Below are positions 25,401 through 37,200 of a stretch of DNA of 64,000 nt, piece by piece; the first letter of the stretch is position 1; each line of letters opens with the position of its first letter. The position numbers were made by a program, and so were the translations under genes. The notes below the pieces were generated by a model, which did not search any database, had not been told where the DNA came from, and saw only the letters and a program-made list of their open reading frames with translations. The DNA lies in contig NC_068989.1 in the NCBI RefSeq assembly GCF_001194135.2, positions 85,577,268 to 85,641,267 on the forward strand. Direction: 5' to 3'. The stretch comes from Octopus bimaculoides (Eukaryota).

Positions 25401-28400
25401 ACATTATTAATAATGTTTCAGAGATGTAATATCATGTAAATTACTTCACATCAATGATAAGCTTCGTTAAAGACAGTGGTAAAATGTAGTTACTTTAAGG
25501 CTTAATGTACAAATGCAAAATTATGTTCAATTTTGGGTGTTTGGATATATGATAATAATAGGAAGAGAGGTTGCCAGATATATGAAAATGACAGGAGTGC
25601 AGCAACATAAACTCTTGATGGCAACCCGCCTGAGACTAATTTCTGGTTCTATGATACAAACTTTCTGTTTTCAAGTAATCTAAATTAAAAACTTCCATCA
25701 AAATTTCTTATTTATATTCCAACACTGGCTTAAAAATGACTTATTTTACTAAATCATTTACTTTCAAAATTACCTGAAACGAAGGCAGTGTATTTCAACA
25801 GAAATGTGATAGCAAAAGGTTTAATACCATTCATTCAATTATGAGTTGCTCCTGGAACCAGACTGGTAACAAATAAATCACATACATGTAATGAATCCAC
25901 TGAACTTTGTTATTCTCATGACTTTATTGGTTTGTGCATGTATTAACGATGTTGAGGTATTCTGATAAAGTGAAAAAGATTGGCGGTAGTTAGTGAATTA
26001 AAGTGGTCCCATTTAAATTAATGCCTGTTTAAATGTTGGTTTGATTTTTCTACAGCATCACCTTTACATAATTTTAGAATGTTTCTACGCCATATTGTCT
26101 GTCGATTCTTTATTGCATATAAATTCTTCACCAATGCCCATGACTGTTCAGTAATGACGAAAAGGATATGATCACAAATACAAGCAGTAGAGATGGGGTT
26201 CCTGCAAAGGTTCTCTGAAGTAATGTTTCAGGGTGCTTACCCTGAAGAACAGGGAGCCTCTCCATGTTGAGTCACTACTTTCTTTTCATCGAAAGGTCCC
26301 AGCTTTGGTTCTACAGACATTTTATTCGAATGTTACAAGAAAGTATCACAAGAAGAATTCTTCAAACCAAGCTAACTGGCAGAAGACCTAGAGGTAGACC
26401 AAGATGGTTCAATAATATCCATAGTCTCGCTTGATCCAGCTGGAAAGTGGATGGTTGCTTCTGATTGCACCCTATGGACACAGCGAGTGAAGATGGATGG
26501 ATGGAAAAAATTCTTTATGCCTACCCCATTAAAATGTGTGTGTGTGTGGTACTGGTGGTAAGAGTATAATTTCTCTTCAGTTTGGTCTCATTTTTCTTAT
26601 TATATTTCCTTTTTCTTTTTTAGCCTGAGAATATTGTTGACAAAGCAAGAAAACTTGGAGTCAAGATTGTGCCCTATACAAGTAAAGAAAATATTTATCA
26701 TCATCATCATCATTATTGCTTACATTATAGACGTAGGCATGGCTGTGTGGTTAAGGAGTTTTCTTTCCAACCATATAGTTTTGTTTGCATGGTACCTAGG
26801 GCAAGTGTCTTTGCTATAGCACTGAACAAACCACAACCAGTACCCAGATTAGAACACTTCAAATTTTTCTTGTTCTTGTATTTATTCATGAAAAGCGATA
26901 CATTGTGTCCTTGAGCAAGACACTTTATTTCGCGTTGCTCCAGTCCACTCAGCTGGCAAAACTGAGTAGTACCTGTATGTCAAAGGGCCAGCCTTGTCAA
27001 GCTTAATCTCCCTGAGAACTATGTTAAGAGTACACGTATCTGTGGAGTGTTCAGCCACTTGTACGTTAATTTCACAAGCAAGCTGTACCATTGATTGTAT
27101 CAGCTGGGGACCCCATCGTCATAACCGACAAAGTGCTCCTCCTTTATATTAGTATGATGGTGTCTACCAATGTAATTCTGCTCACAGTAAATTGGTGAAC
27201 TCAAAGCTATGACAGAAGACACTTGCCCAAAGTGCTTAGTAGTGGGATTGAACTGCTTATATACACACAGACACACATAAAAATGCACACATATACATGC
27301 AGCACACAATAGATTTCTCTCAGTACCTGTCTACCAAATCCACTCAAGACTTCAGTTATTCAGGGACTTAGAGTAGAAGACACTTGCCAAAGATGTCTCA
27401 CAAAAAACTTAACCTGAAGCCTTGATGTGTGTTTGTGTATGTTTATAGATATGAATAGTAACGTGTTTGCATGTGTGTGTATGTGTATATAAACATGCAT
27501 ACATGTGCACATATTTCGGATCTATTTTAAAATGGGGGCCACATTTTTCATTAATGTTTTACGTAGTGTTTTTGGTACGGAAAGACTTTCAAACTTCGTA
27601 TACTTATCTATTTTGTGTTATAGAACAGAAAAATATTTTTGTATTCGAATTTGTTTCATGTAAAAAATTGTCTTATTTCGATAATTTCAACCAATCACTG
27701 ACAAGTATTCAGTTGTTTATATTTACTCCTTTGGCTGATTAAGCGATGTAAAGCGTATTTAATCTCCATACCTTCGTTTTATTTGCTTTTTTCATTTTAA
27801 ATTTGCTTTAACCCTAACCCTAAGGTTAGGGTTAGGGTTAATTGTTTCAGAATCGTTTGTTTATGTAGTCGGCACTTAATGTATATCGGCTGAATGGACG
27901 TCAGTGATTGGTTGAAATTACAGAAATACGACAACTTCAACATGGAATAACTTATGGATTTCTTTTTTTTTTAAGAAGACTAAGAGAAAAAGATGTTTTA
28001 TATGACACATTCTACCAGTGTTCCAAGTTTCAAAGGGTTTCGTTAATGAAAAATGTGGCCCCCATTTTAAAAAAGATTCCATATTTCTTTTCCTGTAGTA
28101 CTTTAAAGTAATCTCTGTAATTTTTTTTCCGTAGGTTTAATGAAATGGATCAACAAAGAGAAGACTCTGTTAGAGAATGCCAAAGCAGCTTGTGCATCAA
28201 GCTTAAAAGCCAAAATTGTGGTAAATGTTAAACCCCAGTTCCTTGTGCTTTGTACATGTGCGTGTGAGAAAGTGAGAGTTGGTAACTCCTTGCCTTGATG
28301 TCACATGATAGTTGTAGATGAGTGTTACTATCAGACTTGCAGTGGCCTTCATTTGCAATCTTCTGTAAAACAATGTCTGGTCATGGGGAGATATTATCTT

Positions 28401-29370
28401 ACTTGGAAACAGGTGAGGGTTGGTGAGAAGAAGGATATCTGGCAATAGAGAAGGGGACATTAAAACGAAGGTCAGAGAAAAAAAGGGACAATGCTTATGA
28501 TCATTTTTAAGCCCCCACCTTTCCTAGATTGTGAAAGTTATTCAGTTTGTATGTTGTTTTTTGTTGCTTCTTGAGCCATGCCTGGCTCATAAGGGTTGGT
28601 TTCATTGGCATATAGGATCCCCACCTGGATGGGACGCCAATCCGTCACAGGTGAGCTGCTAGATGCAAGAGGAAAGAATGAGAGAAAGTTGTGGTGAAAG
28701 AGTTAGCAGAAGTTCTCCATTACCTTCTGCCGGAGCTGCATGGGGCTTAGGCTTAGGGTTTTGCTCATAAACACACACACACACACACACACATCGCCCA
28801 GTCTGAGATTTGAACCTGTGATCCCTCAACCATGAGTCTGCTGCTCTAACCACCAGGCCATGTGCCACCACTATTCAATTATTACCTTTAAGTTGTTGTC
28901 TGCAAGAACACTGACAAGAAGAAAATTCCAGTACATTTCAATTCTGAGAAAGAAGGATAGGTGAGGTAAGACAACAATAAAGGTGACAAGAGGAAGACAT
29001 TTGTGTATGTGTTTTCTGTATTTGGTTACTAATGCAGTATGTTGATGTTCTAAGCAGTCTCCAGTTTTACTGCAGCTAATGTTCCTGAGTTATAAATTTG
29101 AATATAGATCAAACAGACAAAAAGTAATTGATGTTTTTCAAACTAGCAACGAGCTATATGGGGTTTTCTTTCCTGTATTAAAACAATTCAGCCATGAAAT
29201 CTGTATTTATATTTTGTTAGGCAAGCTGGAACAGTCATACAGTACTATGAATTGAACTTACATCCTTGTGGTCAGTTGTCAATATCTTAGATGGTGATTT
29301 TGCTTGTAATTATGTTACAGTACACAAATCTCAAAGTTCCACAAATATTTTCCATCTCTACAATTTTTTT

Positions 29371-29404
<34 letters not shown>

Positions 29405-31243
29405 NNNNNNNNNNNNNNNNNNNNNNNNNNNNNNNNNNNNNNNNNNNNNNNNNNNNNNNNNNNNNNNNNNNNNNNNNNNNNNNNNNNNNNNNNNNNNNNN
29501 NNNNNNNNNNNNNNNNNNNNNNNNNNNNNNNNNNNNNNNNNNNNNNNNNNNNNNNNNNNNNNNNNNNNNNNNNNNNNNNNNNNNNNNNNNNNNNNNNNNN
29601 NNNNNNNNNNNNNNNNNNNNNNNNNNNNNNNNNNNNNNNNNNNNNNNNNNNNNNNNNNNNNNNNNNNNNNNNNNNNNNNNNNNNNNNNNNNNNNNNNNNN
29701 NNNNNNNNNNNNNNNNNNNNNNNNNNNNNNNNNNNNNNNNNNNNNNNNNNNNNNNNNNNNNNNNNNNNNNNNNNNNNNNNNNNNNNNNNNNNNNNNNNNN
29801 NNNNNNNNNNNNNNNNNNNNNNNNNNNNNNNNNNNNNNNNNNNNNNNNNNNNNNNNNNNNNNNNNNNNNNNNNNNNNNNNNNNNNNNNNNNNNNNNNNNN
29901 NNNNNNNNNNNNNNNNNNNNNNNNNNNNNNNNNNNNNNNNNNNNNNNNNNNNNNNNNNNNNNNNNNNNNNNNNNNNNNNNNNNNNNNNNNNNNNNNNNNN
30001 NNNNNNNNNNNNNNNNNNNNNNNNNNNNNNNNNNNNNNNNNNNNNNNNNNNNNNNNNNNNNNNNNNNNNNNNNNNNNNNNNNNNNNNNNNNNNNNNNNNN
30101 NNNNNNNNNNNNNGTGTCATCATCATCATCGTTTAATGTCCACTTTCCATGCTAGCATGGGTTGGACGATTTGACTGAGGACTGGTGAACCAGATGGCTG
30201 CACCAGGCTCCAATCTGATCTGGCAGAGTTTCTACAGCTGGATGCCCTTCCTAACGCCAACCACTCCGAGAGTGTAGTGGGTGCTTTTACATGCCACCAG
30301 CACGAGGGCCAGTCAGGCGGTACTGGCAACGGCCATGCTCAAAATGGTGTTTTTCACGTGCCACCTGCACAGGAGCCAGTCCAGCTGCACTGGCAATGAC
30401 CTCGCTCGAATGTGTTTTCCCATGCCACCAGCACAAGTGCCAGTAAGGTGACACTCGTAACGATCTGCTCTGGCAATGACTATTGTACTGAGGCTGATTC
30501 AGTTACTTCCAAAGGATTTAGTACCACCTGACTGGCTCCCAAAGAAAGTACCATTCGAGCATGGTCATTGCCAGTACCGCCTGACTGGTCCTCATGCCAG
30601 TGGCATATAAAAAGCACCTACTACACTCTCGGAGTGGTTGGCATTAGGAAGGGCATCCAGCTGTAGAAACCTTGCCAGACCAGATTGGAGCCTGGTGCAG
30701 CCTTCTGGCTCACCAGTCCTCAGTCAAACTGTCCAACCCATGCCAGCATGGAAAGCAGACGTTAAACGATGGTGATGATGGTAATTGTTAGATCACTTTT
30801 CATTATGCATGCTTTGGTTTCAGGCTGATTTGGGCTTAAATACCAAATTAAATAGAATTCTCATTTTCTTCACAGTGAAATACTTAAAGAAGCCCTATAT
30901 AAAGTTTGAAGCAATCAACAAACATTATCGTCCAGTCGTAATGGAGTTTACTAGCTGGCCCCACATTAACTTGTCCTCAGCACCAAGCAGCTGTCCCTTT
31001 GATGAGTGGCTGAATTGTGTCAGTGCCACTAAACCTCAGCCAGCGAATAAAGATAATGCCAATGTTCCTGTTGCCTGGTCAGCAGAGTCTGGAGCACCAC
31101 AGAATGCAGCCAATCTAACTCGCAACAACAATAACAATAACAACAACAACAACACGACCAAAAAATGGTAATTGCTTTAGTCTCTCTCTGCTGTGTGTCT
31201 CTGTTGAATTTTTACTATGAATCCAGTTAAAGTGCAGGTTCAT

Positions 31244-31286
<43 letters not shown>

Positions 31287-34200
31287 TACAGTAATCCCTC
31301 GACTATCGTGGGTATTACACTCCAAAAACACCCACGATTGGTGAAAATCTGCGAAGTAGAAACAGTACCATACTGTATATTTTTTTTAATTATTTTTGTA
31401 ATTTGTATATATTTATTTTATTATAAATGCAAAACAAAACCACAGAGGAATCCACGTAAGCTTAGATAACAAACCACAGTAGGTGGACTGCAATATAGCA
31501 AGGGGTTACTCTACATGTATATTAATGCATGTTGTGTATGTTGCTTTATTCGTATATCTATGTAGACATGATTTTGTGTGTGTGTCTTATTTATATATAT
31601 ATTAGTGCAAGCAATTGTAAACACACACACACACACACTCTCTCTCTCCTCTCCCCCTCTCTCTCTCCCTCCCTCTCCAGAAAAAAAAAAAGCTCTTTGT
31701 GTTTTCAAGCCCAGTTGCACTTGCTGTGCAGTATCCGTATGTAAAACCAAACTACACTGATGCAAAGTGCTGTAATATATTTTTTAACAAATTGACCGCA
31801 CACATCAGTTTATATTCCTGGTATTGTAAACACTGTAGGAACAGTAAAGCTTTTGCTTACAGTTAACTTGCACATTTGTCAAGATGACAGAAATGCAAAC
31901 TCAATACTAAGCATGCGTGTGCATGCACACACACAGCCATAGCTTATGTTCTATGTTCATATCTGTCTACGATCAACTTTGCCTTTCATCCATCCAGTCA
32001 CATACTGTAGTTAATTGTTTCCTCCCTTTAGATGTATCTGTTAAGAATCACTTATTATTATTATTATAAATATTTTCCTTTCTTTCCTTGTAGCACACTC
32101 AGTCAACAGGTTGCATCACAGAAGGTCCCTGGGCGGCGTCTAGTGAACTGGGAGAGAAGGAAGCTTGCAGAGAAGAAACTTCGTCAGGGTTTCTGTGAAT
32201 GTTGTGATGTTCGTTTTGATGATGTTAAAAAGGTAATTTTTGTTCAATGTATGTACATACATATTTGTTGTAGTGAAAATGGTACTCCCCTTTCCATGTG
32301 ACAAAGTGGTATGTTTGTCTTTGTACTTCAGTCCAGTGGTTCCCAACTGTTTTTTACCTGTGGATACCCTTTAATTCTGATTTTTACTCCAGGGCACGGA
32401 GGAACCTCATAGCCATTCTATATTTTAAAATATCCCCTTATATTTTTATAATTAAATGTTATAAGGAATTGTATAAAATAAATTGTCAAAGTATTGTGTC
32501 TGTTGTAGAAATATAAACAATTCATAGCACAGAAACTTTAACAATGAAATTTTGTATGGACCCTGATTGATAACCACTGTTTTAGTCCTTAAAAATTCTA
32601 AAATATACGATTGTGGCCTAAAGTTTGGCACATAGGTTTGAAAATTAGAATTTTTATATTAAATGCCCAAAGTTATATTTAATTTGCAGCATATTATTAC
32701 TTGGCCAAAAGTTTGGAACATAATTCTGAAAATTAGAATTTTTATATTAAATGCCCAAATATATAGGTGCAGGAGTGGCTGTATGGTAAGTAGCTTGCTT
32801 ACCAACCACATGGTTCTGGGTTCAGTCCCACTGCGTGGCACCTTGAGCGAGTGTCTTCTATTATAGTCTCGAGCCGACCAAAGCCTTGTGAGTGGATTTG
32901 GTAGACGGAAACTGAAAGAAGCCCATCGTGTATATGTATATTTATGTTTGTGTGTCTGAGTTTGTCCCCCAACATCGCTTGACAACCGATGCTGGTGTGT
33001 TTACGTCCCCGTAATTTAGCGGTTTGGCAAAAGAGACCGATAGAATAAGTACTAGGCTTAAAAAGAATAAGTCCTGGGGTCGATTTGTTCGACTAAAGGC
33101 GGTGCTCCAGCATGGCCACAGTCAAATGACTGAAACAAGTAAAAGAGTATATATGTTTTACATATTTGAATCAAACTGTGCATGAGCATATTTTTAATTT
33201 TTTAAAAGAAATGTTCCAAACTTTTGGCCACAACTGCTTAATGAATTATCCATTGTAATTCTTTGTTTTTTTGTTTTTTTGTTTTTTTATCTCCTTCCCA
33301 CCAACAGCACCTTAATTCCACTGAGCATTGTGCATTTAGAAAGAATGAAGCTAATTACAAGCAGCTAGACAAACTGATAGATCATGGTAGAGCTATCCAT
33401 CAGTTTGTTGAGAATGTTGTGTCTGAAATGGTGTCATCATCTGATGACAACAGGTCTGTATCACCATTTACTCTTCAGATATGTATGTACGCATTTATAC
33501 ACCTTCACAGATATGTATACATAAATGAAGATGCATAAACATACACACACACACACATACACATGAACATGGAAACTGGTACGAATCATAGCCATCAACA
33601 GGGTAGCATGGAGAAAGAGAAAGTTTATTTTGTGCCATCTTGCATTAAGTAGAAAATAAAATATAATATATATATATATATATATATAATTTTATATAAA
33701 GGGCATTAACTGTGTAGTAATGCCTCGCGCTTCGAGGGACTAAATAAACCAAAAACTACCAAACAATAAGCAACATATTTCAGTAAATATGTTGCTTATT
33801 TTTTGGTAGTTTTTGACTTATTTAGTCCCTCGAAGCGTGAGGCATTACTACACAGTTAATGCCCTTTATATAAAATTATTTATATTTATGAAAAAATGAC
33901 GAATTTTTTTCATTACGAAATTTTTTTCATTATGAGGTTTTTTTCACGCTGACTACTTGATAAATTCTTATAAAGAATTTATCCTATATTATATTATATT
34001 ATATATATATATATATATATATATTGGAAATATGCTGTGTGTGAGAAGACCCGGCAAGCCAAGTGAGACCATAAACCATGACCTTTGCCAGGGGTGTAAC
34101 CAACCAACTTCTGCATACCTTTCCTTCATTGGACACTAACCTCTGCTTGCGAAATCGAAATCAAACCAAATTCGACAACTGGCACCCATGCCAGTAGAGC

Positions 34201-37200
34201 TCTAACAGCACCATCCAAGTGTGATCATTGCCAGAGCAGCTGTCTGCCTTCTGTGCTGGTGGCACATACAAAGCACCATTTGAGCGTGATCATTACCAGC
34301 ATCGCCTTACTGGCATGTGAAAAAACATTCGGGCAAGGTTGTTGCCAGTGCCGCTAGACTGGCTCCTGTACAGGTGGCATGTTAAAAATACCATTTGAGC
34401 GTGGCTGTTGCCAGTACCACCTGACTGGCACGTAAAAGCACTCACTACACTCTTGAAGTGGTTGGCATTAGGAAGGGCAACCAGCTGTAGAAATCTCTGC
34501 CAGATCAGATTGAAGCCTGGTGCAGCAATCTGGTTCGCCAGTCCTCAGTCAAAGATGCAGTCATGGCTCTAATGCTGAGAAGTTTGCTTCTCAACCATAT
34601 GGCTTTGGGTTCAGTTTCATTGTAAGCCTTGGTTGGCCAATGTCTAGCAAATGGATTTTGTAGCTGGAAACTGTGAAGTCCATTGTGTGTGAATGTTTAA
34701 TATATTTGGATGGTTTAGATCAATTTATTTGTTGGTGCAAATGTTTTTGGTACAGAAAACTCATTTTACCTTCTTACTGCTATTCAGCTGTGAAATAAGA
34801 GTAGCCATGTCAGTATCTTGTTCGAGGGACATAACCCAATTACATTGGTATGATCAGAACTTACAACCATTTTGTCAGTAGATCAACACTTTAACTCAAC
34901 GTTATTATGAATGTAAATAATATTTGTGACTAAACGTGATGTATCTTGTGACCATTTTTTTTTTTTAATTGTTAAATTTTGTTTTTTGTAGCGAACGAGA
35001 TTATGAATTCTCTGAATCAACAGACAAAGTGATGCTACTTTCTTTGAAAAATTCTAGCTCAGATGCTCAAGAAACCAAAAGACAGTCTGAAAAACATTGT
35101 CATTCCATAACAGTGTATTCACTCTCTTCCTGTGATGTCTCCATAGAAGATGTTGCTACAAAGAACCCATTGATGAAAGAATCTGATGCTCAGTCACTGG
35201 CCTTAGAAAATCCACAAACTCCATTGAAGAAAGTTTCTCAAATTACAAAGAAGTCTTCAGAAAATTCTTGGAAAAGTCCTACTCGAAGTCCATTTAAATG
35301 TTTGTTTAATTCACCTAGTCGCTTGGATCGTCATTGCAATGATAAATCTTCACTTTGTAATAAACAGGCCAAACAGGGTGCTGTTTCATTGTCGGCTATG
35401 ACTGCTAAGGCAGAACCTTTAATTTCACCTTCAAAACCCTTAGAATTTCCAAACAAAATAAAAAGACATTTATCAACCCTGCAAAACGACATCCCACCTG
35501 ACAGTACTGCTCCTAGTAAGTCATTAAAAAATTCAGAACAGGAAAATTACAAACCTTATCTAAATTGTCTTCCACCACAACTAGAAAAGTTCCCAATCCC
35601 CAAATGTAATAAAGCACCAAAGAGTGAAAAACATGCTTGTTTGAGTGAACAGCAAAAGACCATAAAATCCCCTGTTGGCAATGTATGCCTTAATCTATCA
35701 CCACCAGTTCTGGAGAAGTGGGATAAATTAACAACAAATCGTTCTCCAGAAAATAGCCCAGAAGCCAATCACACTGTTCAGGTTAAGCGCAGCTTTCGTT
35801 CATCCTCCCACAAGAAATCGCAATCTAAACGTCAGCGTTTAGTCAAGCTTGGAGAAAAATGGCAGGTTTTGAGCCAACAGAGTGTGAAGAAGATATTGTT
35901 TAATGATGAATCACCTGAGTCATTCATAGGTTTCCATCCTCAGGAAATCTTTAAGAGTGATTATTCTTCAGATATTTCTTTTGAAACTGTTTCTGAAGTA
36001 CTTCTTACTGATCATTCTGATTTCGAATGGACTTTAGGTAACAGTGATGGCCCTTTCAGTGAGCCGTCCTCACAAACAGCTGGTGGTCACCGAACATCAT
36101 TCTCTTGGGATTCAGTACAAGAAGCTTGTCCTAATCATGAAGTCTCAGTTCGCCATAGTCCAAATACAGAAAAGAAATCCTCTCCTTTGACTCAAATTCC
36201 TGAAGGTGGCAGTACTTACACCTGTTCTCCTACAGAATCTGTCACCAGGCCCAAGTCTACTTCTGTTCCAAATTCTTCACATTTGTTGAATGAAGATTCT
36301 CTTGATAAGCCTGAAACCACATCTGACCAGAAACTTTATGGTAAGTCAGTAAAATATCCTACAGATGCTAGTCTCCAACACACTTCACCAATTAGTATCC
36401 CTGTTCAGAGTTTTCCGACTCCTCTTATCCAAGACATACAGTTTCCTACACATCTAAATTTTCAGAATCTGGACTCTGTTGCATCTTCAGTTTATAATTT
36501 TAATACTGTAGAAACTCCTTTCCCTTCACAGGTACCACCTACCTCAATCAACAATCTGTCGTGTACTGACATTGGCTGTCTACCAAACTCTACTGCCATT
36601 TCAACTCTACAGTCATTTCAGATCTTCTCACCAGTATTTTCCTGTGAAGACTCTGAACTTCCAACCATGCCATCAGTGTCTAATCAGGTCCAATTGCCTC
36701 AACATGTTGCCGACTTCAAGTCTCAAGACCAAAATATCTCAGAAGACAGTCATGCAGCTGTAGACTTCCAAAACCTCATGCCTCCTACTGTAACTAGTAT
36801 AAACGAACAAGCATTCACAACCGCTTCCCCTTTTCAATCTAATGAGGCTCAGCTTCCATTGAATTCTACTGCAACCTATGATCCGCTACCTGTATTAAAC
36901 TTTGAAAGTTCATTTAACTTACCTGTGCAAAATTTCAATATGTTACCAAATCTTGTAACTGCTGTTGAAGTAAACACTTCATTTTCACCATTATCAACAA
37001 TACTTACTGCCCCTCTGACAGCTGAAACCAATTTCTCACCAAGTATTTCTACAGAATTACCTCTCCAATCTCAGTGCGACTCTGCACAGGATGTTGGCGC
37101 TGATATTGAGCAAATATCTGACACTTCTGCTGCAGTACCAGATTGTTTATCTGATAATGAGGCACATACACAAAATGTCAGTAATGTAGATCATCAACAT

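Noticed and set aside
29266-30174. Long ORFs of 280-302 aa
   Set aside because: Composed almost entirely of N-gap (29405-30113) and poly-T.
34969-34991. ORF-track start (MLNFVFC) for a stand-alone 1058-aa protein
   Set aside because: This is intronic polypyrimidine tract with a TTG start; the exon is spliced in phase to the DBF4 zinc-finger exon.
35875-35901. PIP-box-like QQSVKKILF in the DBF4 tail
   Set aside because: Lacks the paired aromatic residues at PIP positions 7-8.
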